Translations under genes and position numbers: made by a program | Source: a virus | Taxonomy: Duplodnaviria; Caudoviricetes | Virus record (IMG/VR): IMGVR_UViG_3300035181_000748 | Coordinates: 1 to 26,402 of that record | Length of the DNA stretch: 26,402 nt | Direction: 5' to 3' (one strand) | Notes under the pieces: model-generated | The model's input: only the letters and a program-made list of their open reading frames with translations | Told to the model about the DNA's origin: nothing | The model's database searches: none | Shown: positions 17,491 through 25,734 of the stretch, piece by piece | Position numbering within the stretch: the first letter of the stretch is position 1 | Layout: each line of letters starts with the position of its first letter

Positions 17491-19078
17491 ATATATGTTT
17501 CCTTGAATGAATGAACTTTACGAATTCGACAAGGTATGGGCGGATCGACTGCTTTTTCTTTTCATCAACACCTATAAATTCAAGGAACTCCCTGATTTCG
17601 TGCTGATAGTCAATAACCACGTCAGTCGTTACCTCCTGAATATCGGTAATCGTCCTTTCGGATATTGCTTCCCGCTGGTGGTCTTCTTCGTCTCTGTCTT
17701 TTGCGGATGCTTCCTCTTTAATCTTTGCTCGGGCCTTAACTTCTTCTTCCTGTCTGATTCGCAAGGTTTCGGCTTCCAACTTGGCCACCTCGGCCTTCTT
17801 GTGCGCGTCTATGCGCGTTGTTACGGCCAACTTGAAGTCGTCGAACGGCTTTGCGACAAGCTGTTGCAGGTCAGCCAGCAGAGCGCGGTACTCGGCGGCA
17901 TTAGCATCCAGCCAATTCAACTTTTCGCGCACGTCCTTGGCGTAGGCATCCGCTGCGATCTTGCCGTTCGCCAGCGTGGTGTCTATCCTATCTTGGATAC
18001 TTGCAAGTGTTTTCAGGCCCTTGATTGATCCTCCGAAGTCTGGCTGCGCAATGACCAGGCTGACTCCTGGAATCTCGGCCTGCAATGCAGCGACATGGGC
18101 GGAAAACCGCTTCCTGGCTTCCTCGACCTTTTCAAGGCGGATACTATCCTTGCGCTGCTTGACCAGCTTTTCGAGTGCCAGGCGCTTTTGACGCGCCTCT
18201 TCCTTTATTGCATCTACCGTGCGAAACAGTTCGTCGATGCTGCTCGTCTGCGATAGCGCGTGCTGCTTCGCTGCTTCGAGCCTGTCTTCTACATCCTTGC
18301 ACCATTTCGTTGTCACGTCCGCGTTAGCAAAGTCTTCGTCGGTTTCAAGGTCGGTCTTGATGCTGTTGAAAACCTCGATGGCGCGCGCCTTAAATTCTGC
18401 TAGGTTTGACGCGGTAACGGCGCCAGAAACTTCAATGCGCAGGGCCGGTAGCGCGTCTGGTGTGCGGCCTGCGACATCGGGCTTTGGCTTGTCTTCAACG
18501 TGCCGATAGGCTTCCAAGTCCTTTTCAAACTGCGCCCAGCCGTCTGCAATGCGCTGGCGAAGGGCAGGGTCTGGCTCATACCACAAGGCGACACGTTCGA
18601 CCAAACGGTCGTTCTCGTCCCACCTGGTCGCCATGAACAAGCATGTCTTCGCATCAGAAACCATAAGCTGCTGTTCCATTTGGATGCGGTAATGCAATGG
18701 TATGTGTTCAGCGGTCTGACATTCCCGGATTGTGTCGTTCATGGTCTTATGCTCGAAGCAAATATCTTCCAGCATGGTAAGTCCGTCGAAGCTGGCGGCC
18801 AACTTACCTTTTGATCCGACGACTGGATAAAGCTCGGCTTCGATGATGTTTTCTGCCAGCGGGCGAGCCAGCGCTTCAAAGCGGTGCCCATCATCGAAGC
18901 GGCGCTGGGTAGCGTTATCGACTTCGGCGCTGACGCCGGTAGCCTTTTCGCGCAGCAGTTCGCTCCTGGTCTTGTATGGAGACTCCCCCATCATGGCAGG
19001 CGCATCGCTGGCGGTGAAATGGGATGCGCGGAATGAGTGCCATTCGGCAGTTCCTTGTTTGAGATCGTGGACTATCAT
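17474..19078 (-). CDS. YqaJ-like (lambda Exo family) viral exonuclease with long C-terminal coiled coil
   Basis: QGTAEWHSFR...FTASDA...ASFDG...FEHK...QMEQQL motifs; immediately downstream of bet. Confidence 0.92.
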   Translation of the reverse strand: MIVHDLKQGTAEWHSFRASHFTASDAPAMMGESPYKTRSELLREKATGVSAEVDNATQRRFDDGHRFEALARPLAENIIEAELYPVVGSKGKLAASFDGLTMLEDICFEHKTMNDTIRECQTAEHIPLHYRIQMEQQLMVSDAKTCLFMATRWDENDRLVERVALWYEPDPALRQRIADGWAQFEKDLEAYRHVEDKPKPDVAGRTPDALPALRIEVSGAVTASNLAEFKARAIEVFNSIKTDLETDEDFANADVTTKWCKDVEDRLEAAKQHALSQTSSIDELFRTVDAIKEEARQKRLALEKLVKQRKDSIRLEKVEEARKRFSAHVAALQAEIPGVSLVIAQPDFGGSIKGLKTLASIQDRIDTTLANGKIAADAYAKDVREKLNWLDANAAEYRALLADLQQLVAKPFDDFKLAVTTRIDAHKKAEVAKLEAETLRIRQEEEVKARAKIKEEASAKDRDEEDHQREAISERTITDIQEVTTDVVIDYQHEIREFLEFIGVDEKKKQSIRPYLVEFVKFIHSRKHIYVPKR

Positions 19079-19953
19079 TTCGAGTATTCCTGTTCAAATT
19101 GTTCGGAGGACTCCATGTCAGCAACGAAAGGATCGACTTCTTGTTGCTTTTCCAGGGAGCGGATTCGGTCTGTAATTTCTTGGGTTAGGCGATAGCCGCT
19201 AGAGACCTTGGCGATGATCTTGTCCGCCGTCGTGCGATCGGAATTGATGGCTTCCTGCCATGCTGGTAAATTCTTTGCCAGTTGCGCGTCTGTATATACG
19301 GGCAGTTCCTTTTGATATTCCTTATTGTTCGGATTTACGCCGCCATCGAAAACCGCTGCCCCGTCGTCAATGATTTTGCCTTCCATTTCATCCGCTGTCG
19401 GCTGTGCGCCGATTTCCGGGAACGCTTTGCGCAGCGCTTGCGCCTCTGCGCATTTTGCAAGCTGCGCGTATGGCCGTTTTTTCCACATCGCATTCGGGGC
19501 TTGGGAATCCTTGCCTGCGGTCGCGTAGTTTTCCTTCCATCGTTCTGTCGCCGCGAATTCTGCGATCAGGCCGTTAGCCAGCAGGCGCTTGACTACAACC
19601 CGGCACCAAGACGGATAGGTTATGGTAATGTTACCGAATTCTTCTGTTACATCCGGCCCGAATTCAGGCTCAGAAATACCAGCGTATTCGCCAGACCTGG
19701 CGGCCTGCGTCCGGTAACTTCCAATGCCGGGCATGATTACGTCGCGCATCGTCCTGGCCTTGCTGTCCCACATCGGGACTATGTGGACGGGCTTCTGCAT
19801 GGGGTCAAGCCCGGAAGCCTTGCAATAGCCGATGACCATCTTTATTGACTCATCTTGCGCTCCAGGATAAAGCGAGTTGCGCAGGACATTCATAAGTTCC
19901 TGTTCAGACATCGCCAAAGCGTGTGTTTCTTTCCTTACGACTGGTTCGTTCAT
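19075..19953 (-). CDS. bet: Phage single-strand annealing recombinase Bet
   Basis: YCKASGLDPMQKPVHIVP...MPGIGSYRTQA...MWKKRPYAQLAKCAEAQALRKAFP; SD GGAGA before ATG 19953. Confidence 0.92.
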   Translation of the reverse strand: MNEPVVRKETHALAMSEQELMNVLRNSLYPGAQDESIKMVIGYCKASGLDPMQKPVHIVPMWDSKARTMRDVIMPGIGSYRTQAARSGEYAGISEPEFGPDVTEEFGNITITYPSWCRVVVKRLLANGLIAEFAATERWKENYATAGKDSQAPNAMWKKRPYAQLAKCAEAQALRKAFPEIGAQPTADEMEGKIIDDGAAVFDGGVNPNNKEYQKELPVYTDAQLAKNLPAWQEAINSDRTTADKIIAKVSSGYRLTQEITDRIRSLEKQQEVDPFVADMESSEQFEQEYSK

Positions 19954-20000
19954 TGCGTTCTCCGTGATGTTTTCAAACCCGTTCACACCATTCCAGCCGC

Positions 20001-20237
20001 TTAGTCAGCGTTTGTGCGATTGCGGGTGTCGATCCAGTTCTGGATTTCATCTGAGTACCAGCCAACCGATTTTGCCCCGAGCTGCACCGGCCTGGGAAAA
20101 CCTGGATCGTACTGTTTTGCATTGGGGTCGAGCTTGGCATAGATCATTGACCGACTGATGCCAATAGCCACTTCTACATCCCTGCGGCGAAGAATGCGGC
20201 GAGCTTGTGTTGGGATTTTGCTTTGTTGTGTTGTCAT
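20001..20237 (-). CDS. alpA: AlpA-family DNA-binding regulator / excisionase-like protein
   Basis: RILRRRDVEVAIGISRSMIY...FPRPVQLGAKSVGWYSDEIQNWI. Confidence 0.9.
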   Translation of the reverse strand: MTTQQSKIPTQARRILRRRDVEVAIGISRSMIYAKLDPNAKQYDPGFPRPVQLGAKSVGWYSDEIQNWIDTRNRTNAD

Positions 20238-20249
20238 GATCGTTTTCCT

Positions 20250-20486
20250 TTACAGATTGTTTGTTATAGGTTCACAGAACGTTACCGTTCTATCGTCGCC
20301 CACGATTGGGCGCTTGTTCAGACAGGCCACCAGCGCCTGCTCGGCAACATCTGCGCGGTGTACTGCGCGAGCCGCAGAGTCAGCGGTAGATGCGTATGCG
20401 TCTACCAAGTAGATAATCTCCAGCGCCGAACATATCAGTGCTACCACGACGGCGCCGAGCAACCAATCGTTCCAATTCATTTTCAT
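20250..20486 (-). CDS. Small membrane-anchored protein; paralog of 16129-16377
   Basis: SD GGAGGG; N-terminal hydrophobic helix WLLGAVVVALICSALEIIYLV. Confidence 0.75.
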   Translation of the reverse strand: MKMNWNDWLLGAVVVALICSALEIIYLVDAYASTADSAARAVHRADVAEQALVACLNKRPIVGDDRTVTFCEPITNNL

Positions 20487-20689
20487 GCTACCCTCCATTT
20501 CTTGATTGCCATTTCCAATGCGCGTCCTGCGTTCTCGGCGTCGCGCTCCTTTGCATGCCTGATAAGTGCCGCGCACTTTGTCGAGCACGCGGTTTTTAGG
20601 GCATAATGAGGCCAACTCTCGCTGGCTCCACGCTTTATCGTGTTCCCGCAATTCGGGCAGGAACGCAATTTGTTTGTTTCAGTTTTCAT
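20483..20689 (-). CDS. Small zinc-finger-like protein (CPNC...CSTKC)
   Basis: 68 aa; SD AAGGAG; four Cys in two pairs. Confidence 0.75.
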   Translation of the reverse strand: MKTETNKLRSCPNCGNTIKRGASESWPHYALKTACSTKCAALIRHAKERDAENAGRALEMAIKKWRVA

Positions 20690-20714
20690 TTCTGCTCCTT
20701 TCCTTGTTGTAGTT

Positions 20715-20781
20715 GCCGGTGGCCTTGGCGGAGTAGGATAACCAATCCACCGGCTGCCGGGTTTTCACCCACTTATCCGGC
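20715..20781 (-). promoter_or_regulatory. Intergenic double stem-loop element
   Basis: GCCGGTGG/CCACCGGC (20715-22/20747-54) and GCCGG/CCGGC (20756-60/20777-81), separated by one base. Confidence 0.45.
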
Positions 20782-20788
20782 CTTGGGT

Positions 20789-21457
20789 TTATTCTGTTCC
20801 ATCGAAAGCCATCCAAAGGATGTGCTTCTTCCACTTTGCCCAGAACTCTGTCGCTCGGTAGTCCATCTTTCTTATTGCATCGTCATCAAATTCAAGCCAT
20901 TCCTTCTTTGTGTGAATCCTGCAACCGATCCTTATGTGCGTCTTGAACACATATACAGGCCATGTAAGTCCATGAATTATTAGCGGGTTATTTCCTATTT
21001 CAACACCCTTACCGTAAGTCGCCCCATCCATGTTCGCCCATCGAAAGCTCGCTCCATTCAACTCCGCCCGATCAAAGTTCGCCATTGCCGCGTTCGCATT
21101 GTCCAAGCACGCACCATCCAATGTCGCACCTTCCATGTTCGTATTGATGAGTTTTGTCTTAGACATATCGGCCGCTGACATGTCAGTATATGATAGGTCA
21201 ACATCTGTCAGGTCAGAACCTGACAGGTTAGCACCGATTAAATTAGCCCACGATATGTTAGAGCCAGACAATAATGCACACGGCAATCTCGCACACGATA
21301 ATTCAGCTCGGTACAACCAAGCATTCGATAAATCCGCACCGTAAAAGTCTACACCAGCTCTAATTCCAGCTTCGAGCGTTGCTTTGACGCTGTTATTTTC
21401 TTTCTCATGCGCGAACAGCACCCTACCTCCGAATCTGCTTCTGATCTCGATCCTCAA
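20789..21457 (-). CDS. Pentapeptide-repeat protein
   Basis: Tandem A(D/N)L(S/x)x pentapeptides; TTG start with SD GAGGAG; first gene of the leftward operon. Confidence 0.9.
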   Translation of the reverse strand: MRIEIRSRFGGRVLFAHEKENNSVKATLEAGIRAGVDFYGADLSNAWLYRAELSCARLPCALLSGSNISWANLIGANLSGSDLTDVDLSYTDMSAADMSKTKLINTNMEGATLDGACLDNANAAMANFDRAELNGASFRWANMDGATYGKGVEIGNNPLIIHGLTWPVYVFKTHIRIGCRIHTKKEWLEFDDDAIRKMDYRATEFWAKWKKHILWMAFDGTE

Positions 21458-21459
21458 TT

Positions 21460-21762
21460 TATTCTCCTCGGGTTATTCCGGCGCCCGTCTCTCCGGGCTG
21501 TCACGAATATTCGCTATCGTTGCGGTGCTTTTTTACCCGCATCTGCCCGTCTCGCGGGGTGCTGGGCGGGATTCACACAGCCCAATTTGCTACGGTGTTC
21601 CCCGTCTCTCCGGCATCGTCACGACTTATGTGGAAAGCCGTTACCCTTGCAACCTTTCGCGCTTTGTCGCCTTGTCGGACTGGCTACCCGTGGGCTGTTG
21701 CCTACTAAAACTGGCAATTTCCGGTAGTGCGCTTTGTTCTGTAGCCGCTTTTTTGCGGCATG
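21460..21762 (-). ncRNA. Candidate structured 5' leader RNA of the leftward operon with repeated hairpin motifs
   Basis: About 300 nt with no convincing ORF. Three GAGACGGG-containing hairpin repeats (21484-21506, 21546-21559, 21601-21624), two ACAAAGCGC repeats and a GCCGC-A6-GCGGC hairpin. Confidence 0.5.
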
Positions 21763-21768
21763 GATTGA

Positions 21769-21797
21769 ACTATATGCCGCGCATAACAAAGTGTCAA
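21769..21797 (-). promoter_or_regulatory. Leftward sigma70 promoter (PL-like)
   Basis: Minus strand TTGACA (21797-21792), 17-bp spacer, TATAGT (21774-21769). Confidence 0.85.
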
Positions 21798-21853
21798 GGT
21801 AAATATTCATGCGATGCGTTAAACAGTGTTGACAATTCATATTGCCAGGCATA
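21773..21853. promoter_or_regulatory. Three operator-like palindromes, consensus TATGC-N3-GCATA
   Basis: TATGCcgcGCATA (21773-85, perfect), CATGCgatGCGTT (21808-20) and ATTGCcagGCATA (21841-53). The outer two overlap the spacer/-10 of each promoter. Confidence 0.65.
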
Positions 21854-21858
21854 ATAAT
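21829..21858 (+). promoter_or_regulatory. Rightward sigma70 promoter (PR-like), probably giving a leaderless cro mRNA
   Basis: TTGACA (21829-34), 18-bp spacer, AATAAT (21853-58), ATG 6 nt later, no SD. Confidence 0.75.
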
Positions 21859-21864
21859 TGATGT

Positions 21865-22137
21865 ATGGAAAAATCATCTGAAAAATTACCGATTGAAAGG
21901 GCTATTGATATTGCGGGCGGTTTAAGCGCAATGGCTAGAGCGCTCGGAATAAGCGCGCCCGTTGTTCACCAATGGAAGTCAGACAAACATAGCCGACCTA
22001 TCCCTTCTGAGCGTTGCTATGAAATTGAGCGCATTACCAATGGCGCCGTGACATGCGAAGAGTTACGTCCTGACCTTGCGAATATGTGGGCATACCTTCG
22101 CAGAAGAAGGAATCGTCGAGGAAGAAAAGCTCCATGA
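21865..22137 (+). CDS. Cro/YdaS-like HTH transcriptional regulator
   Basis: IERAIDIAGGLSAMARALGISAPVVHQW...IPSERCYEIERITNGAVTCEELRPD. Confidence 0.9.
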   Translation: MEKSSEKLPIERAIDIAGGLSAMARALGISAPVVHQWKSDKHSRPIPSERCYEIERITNGAVTCEELRPDLANMWAYLRRRRNRRGRKAP

Positions 22138-22412
22138 GTCACCTCGCCAGAAATACCGACCCGATCACCAGCCATCTTGCCGCCGCGCGCGTGCATGAGT
22201 TCGGCAAAAGCCATATCGACAAGATCGTCGCGGCGCTGATCTTGTGGGGGCCGATGACAGCAGACGAGATCGCGGAACGCTCAGGTCTCGACAAATACCA
22301 GGTTTGCCGACGTTTGCCAGAAGCGGAGAAGCAAAACCTTGTCAGCGCGACCGATGCAGTCAGAAAGACGGGAAGCGGTAGATCGGCAAGAGTATGGAAG
22401 TCGGAAAAATGA
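22134..22412 (+). CDS. Winged-helix DNA-binding protein
   Basis: ARNTDPITSHLAA...GPMTADEIAERSGLDKYQVCRRLPE; ATGA-coupled on both sides. Confidence 0.8.
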   Translation: MSHLARNTDPITSHLAAARVHEFGKSHIDKIVAALILWGPMTADEIAERSGLDKYQVCRRLPEAEKQNLVSATDAVRKTGSGRSARVWKSEK

Positions 22413-23155
22413 GCATTGAAGCACTTTCGTGGGCCTTTAATCTCGACCTCCCGAGTTCTGGCGCAAAACTCACGTTGTTGGCGCTTGCTAACTACTCCAA
22501 TGAGTCCGGAGAGGCTTACCCAAGCCAGAAGGCAATGGCTATCAAAACATGCCTATGCGAGCGCGCAATTCGCACCCACCTGGCAACACTTGAGAGCTTG
22601 GGGATTATCTCAAGAGTTTCCAGGAAGAGAGAAAACGGCTCATTTACAACCGACCTTTTCCGGCTGAATATTGGTGCTGTGTCCAGCGGCAGAATCTGCC
22701 AGCGGCAGAATCTGCCAGCGGCAGAATCTGCCAAAACCCAGCGGCAGATTTTTCCAAACCCAGCGGCAGAATCTGCCGGACATGAATCACCACTAACAAC
22801 AACCGTCACTAAAACCAAGAAAGATCAAAAACACTGTGCAATCGCTTCGCGCTTGCCAGAAGATTGGGAACCATCCGACGACGATATTGCGTTCTGCAAA
22901 ACGAAACGCCCAGACTTGAACGTCAGGGACGTTGCTGACGAATTCCGTGATTATTGGGTTTCTGTTGCAGGAGCGAAGGGAAAGAAGCAGGATTGGCCTG
23001 CTACATGGCGCAATTGGGTACGACGACAAAACGCCAGGGCGTCTCCTGCAAAAAAGGAAAGGTTTGACCCCACTGAGTTTGTAAACAGGGGTAGAAAATC
23101 AACGGATGGCGGAAATGATGGATTTATTAACGGGGAAGCGCGGCGTGTGGCTTGA
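22409..23155 (+). CDS. Phage replication initiator (N-terminal HTH, lambda O-analogous)
   Basis: AKLTLLALANY...AYPSQKAMA HTH region, internal iterons, C-terminal FRDYW...DWPATWRNW. Confidence 0.88.
   Translation: MSIEALSWAFNLDLPSSGAKLTLLALANYSNESGEAYPSQKAMAIKTCLCERAIRTHLATLESLGIISRVSRKRENGSFTTDLFRLNIGAVSSGRICQRQNLPAAESAKTQRQIFPNPAAESAGHESPLTTTVTKTKKDQKHCAIASRLPEDWEPSDDDIAFCKTKRPDLNVRDVADEFRDYWVSVAGAKGKKQDWPATWRNWVRRQNARASPAKKERFDPTEFVNRGRKSTDGGNDGFINGEARRVA
22683..22775 (+). repeat. Replication-origin iterons: five copies of CCAGCGGCAGAATCTG
   Basis: Exact copies at 22683, 22699, 22715 and 22760, a degenerate copy at 22738; core GGCAGA-A-TCTGCC is palindromic; followed by an A/C-rich tract. 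Confidence 0.85.
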
Positions 23156-23798
23156 AGTCCATGCAGGACTCGGAATCAGCCTCATGGATCACCTCTACAA
23201 CCGCATGGAGGGGATGTATCCGCAGCGCTGGAAAGCGAACTTCCCGAGCGCGACAAGCATCCAGAACTGGCGCGAATCGTGGGCTGAGGCATTCGAGGAT
23301 GAGCGCATCACGCCGCAAGACATCGCGGCAGGACTCAAGGCTTGCAGGAAAAGGCATGATTGGCCGCCAAGCCTTCCCGAATTCATCAGGGCATGCAAGC
23401 CGCCTGTTGATTACGAAACCTTGTTTTCTGGCGCCGCAGTAAGCGTTTCAACGGGGAAGTGGGAAAACAGGCTGGCGTATTGGGCCACTCAATCTGTCGG
23501 ATCGTTTGAGGTGCGAAACGAGCCGTACGTGAGGATGAAAACCAGATGGACGAAGGCGATTGATGAATTACTGGAAGATGGCGAATTGCCTGAAATACCA
23601 CCTGGCCGAGAGGCGTTACCGGCCCCAGGGAAACAATCAATCAGCAAGGAAGAAGCTGCTATGCGTGTGAATGAGTTGGGCCTCGATCCAAAACGTAAAG
23701 AGCCGAAAGCATGGGCAAGGATGATTCTTGAATCGCCAGCCGTGTACCCTGCAATCTCGATAGCGTTCGCAAAACAAGCATTGGGGGTATCAGCATAA
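23106..23798 (+). CDS. Replication protein P-like (helicase loader-like)
   Basis: Follows the initiator; LYNRMEGMYPQRW...WPPSLPEFIRACKP motif; start uncertain. Confidence 0.7.
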   Translation: MAEMMDLLTGKRGVWLEVHAGLGISLMDHLYNRMEGMYPQRWKANFPSATSIQNWRESWAEAFEDERITPQDIAAGLKACRKRHDWPPSLPEFIRACKPPVDYETLFSGAAVSVSTGKWENRLAYWATQSVGSFEVRNEPYVRMKTRWTKAIDELLEDGELPEIPPGREALPAPGKQSISKEEAAMRVNELGLDPKRKEPKAWARMILESPAVYPAISIAFAKQALGVSA

Positions 23799-24109
23799 TG
23801 GCAGTCTCTGGGGATGAACAACAAAACTATGCGAACCTTGTCGTCCAGGTGCTGGTTATAGCTATCGACGATTACGAGAAATTTAAGGACTCAAAAAAAG
23901 GTAGCACAGAATACAATGCATGGGAAGATGCAGACTCATGGATAAACCACGACGGGAACGAACCATGGTCGTTCAAGTGGTGCTGTGAGGTAGTTGGGTA
24001 TGACTACCAGGAAATCCGTAACGGGATAAGCAGACGCGATAGAAAGCACTCGATCACATATGGATTCAACAATTTCCGCAAATTGCCAAGCGTCAGGGAT
24101 ATTTATTGA
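23798..24109 (+). CDS. Hypothetical phage protein
   Basis: 103 aa; TAATG coupling; WSFKWCCEVVGYD. Confidence 0.75.
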   Translation: MAVSGDEQQNYANLVVQVLVIAIDDYEKFKDSKKGSTEYNAWEDADSWINHDGNEPWSFKWCCEVVGYDYQEIRNGISRRDRKHSITYGFNNFRKLPSVRDIY

Positions 24110-24110
24110 A

Positions 24111-24425
24111 ATGAACGCCGACGAACAACAACACCAGGTAGAAACGTCCGATCCATTGCAACCAGGCCAACACACTGATCCGCTGCTGGCTCTTCGTGGA
24201 TCAAGGTATGGAGCATTCGCGGACAACGCAAAATTGTCTCAAGCACTCAAGGCAGTAATGAGAAGCGGGCCGAATTGGGAATCGCTGGATGCCGACATGA
24301 AAGAGGCACTGGAAATGAATGCGCACAAGATCAGCAGAATCTTGTGCGGCGACCCTAATTATGACGATTCGTGGGTGGATATTGCAGGATATGCAACCCG
24401 CGTGGCAGACAGATTGAGGTCTTAA
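24111..24425 (+). CDS. DUF6378-like helical protein
   Basis: RGSRYG...KISRILCGDPNYDDSWVDIAGY signature. Confidence 0.7.
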   Translation: MNADEQQHQVETSDPLQPGQHTDPLLALRGSRYGAFADNAKLSQALKAVMRSGPNWESLDADMKEALEMNAHKISRILCGDPNYDDSWVDIAGYATRVADRLRS

Positions 24426-24426
24426 C

Positions 24427-24867
24427 GTGGGAAACGAAACCATCATCCACGAGCCGGCCTGCGAGGTAATCACCGATCCAGAGTTGGCGAGTGCCGCATT
24501 CAGAAAGGTATGGGATGCCGCAACCGACGCGCTGGATGATGGCATGGCCGGTGAATTGACTTGGACGCCGAAGAAGCGCACCAGAAGCCTTGAGGCAAAT
24601 TCCTGTATGTGGGCGCATCTTACAGATTTATCTCGACAAGTGAACTGGTACGGGCATAAGCTATCGCCGGATGACTGGAAGGAAGTCATTAGCGCGGGTC
24701 TGAGAACTCAGCGTGTCGTTCCTGGAATTGATGGCGGATTCGTATCCATCGGAGTTAGGACATCGAAAATGTCTGTGAAAGAGATGTCGGCCATGATCGA
24801 GCTATGCGTGGCCTTCGGTGCGCAGCATGGGGTTAGGTTTACGGCGCCGAAATGGACGTACGAATGA
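24427..24867 (+). CDS. ninB: NinB/Orf-family recombination protein
   Basis: RSLEANSCMWAHLTDLSRQVNWYG..LSPDDWK...RTSKMSVKEMSAMIE; GTG start with SD GAGG. Confidence 0.9.
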   Translation: MGNETIIHEPACEVITDPELASAAFRKVWDAATDALDDGMAGELTWTPKKRTRSLEANSCMWAHLTDLSRQVNWYGHKLSPDDWKEVISAGLRTQRVVPGIDGGFVSIGVRTSKMSVKEMSAMIELCVAFGAQHGVRFTAPKWTYE

Positions 24868-25388
24868 GGCAGAAAAAATGCTCGGTCTGCCGAGAACAAT
24901 TCCAGCCAGTCAGGCCATTGCAATCAGTGTGCGGTTTACAGTGCGCCGTTATAGCGGCAGAATCTGCCAAAGCGAAGCAGGTTCGCAAGGAATACAGATC
25001 GGCAAAACAGAAGATGAAAAGCCGCGCCGATTGGCTTAGAGAAGCACAGGCCGCATTCAACCGTTATATTCGCCTGCGCGATCACGACAAGCCTTGCATA
25101 TCATGCGGCAGGCAACATCAGGGCCAATGGCACGCAGGACACTATCGCAGCGTAGGGGCATGCCCTGAGCTAAGGTTCGAGGAGGCTAACGTACATAAGC
25201 AGTGTGCGCCCTGCAACGACCACCTCAGCGGAAATATTGTCGAGTACCGTAGAGGCTTGATTGAGCGCATCGGAATTGATCAAGTGGAATGGCTGGAAGG
25301 TAATCATGAGGCCAAGAAATACACCATCGAGGAAATCAGGGCCATCAAAGCGGAGTACACACACAAATCGAAGGAGTTAATGAAATGA
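24864..25388 (+). CDS. ninG: NinG/Rap-family endonuclease
   Basis: CSVC...C..C, FNRYIRLRD, CISCG, HAGHYRSVGA..ELRF...NVHKQCAPCN. Confidence 0.93.
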   Translation: MRQKKCSVCREQFQPVRPLQSVCGLQCAVIAAESAKAKQVRKEYRSAKQKMKSRADWLREAQAAFNRYIRLRDHDKPCISCGRQHQGQWHAGHYRSVGACPELRFEEANVHKQCAPCNDHLSGNIVEYRRGLIERIGIDQVEWLEGNHEAKKYTIEEIRAIKAEYTHKSKELMK

Positions 25389-25681
25389 TTGATGATAATG
25401 AATTAAAGATGCTTTTCTGCAAAACCTGTGCTTCTGATCCTTTTGGAGATGGATGGACTGAGATTGTTAAGTTCGGTCGAGCCGTTGCTATTGCCACACT
25501 TGAAGATGCGGCGACGTTGATCGAGCTTGAATATGCGCCAGACAAAAGGGCATATGACAGGCTAAAGCAAATTGCGCAGCATGTGCGGAACATGACGGCG
25601 CTAAACGATTCAGGATGCCCCGGTGGAAAATGTACTGACCCTGCGCATGATTGCTTTGGGTATGGGTGTATTGATGGATAA
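25385..25681 (+). CDS. Hypothetical protein with Cys-rich tail
   Basis: 98 aa; SD AAGGAG; its stop lies inside the attC core GGATAAC. Confidence 0.7.
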   Translation: MIDDNELKMLFCKTCASDPFGDGWTEIVKFGRAVAIATLEDAATLIELEYAPDKRAYDRLKQIAQHVRNMTALNDSGCPGGKCTDPAHDCFGYGCIDG

Positions 25682-25732
25682 CGCCTGAATTCAGCGAGCG
25701 CCGAAGGCGTCCGCTGCAATGACGGGTTAGGG
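25676..25732 (-). mobile_element. Integron attC-like recombination site (57 bp)
   Basis: Minus strand CCCTAAC-CCGTC-ATTGCAGC-GGACGCCTTCGGCGCTC-GCTGAAT-TCAGGC-GTTATCC reads as R'', 5 nt, L'' (8 nt, one extra base), central hairpin, L', 6 nt, R'. Confidence 0.8.
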
Positions 25733-25734
25733 GT

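Noticed and set aside
21484-21624. Leader repeats as a CRISPR array
   Set aside because: Only three short degenerate copies and no cas genes; kept as a candidate structured leader instead.
21705-21761. 18-aa leaderless peptide MPQKSGYRTKRTTGNCQF at the PL start
   Set aside because: Too short to support without conservation data, and it overlaps the hairpin motif.
21384-21854. ORFs spanning the control region as a possible cI or N
   Set aside because: None has an HTH, S24 peptidase or arginine-rich motif, and they run across promoters and repeats.
22683-22775. Tandem 16-bp repeats as CRISPR or VNTR
   Set aside because: No spacers, and their position inside the initiator gene fits origin iterons.
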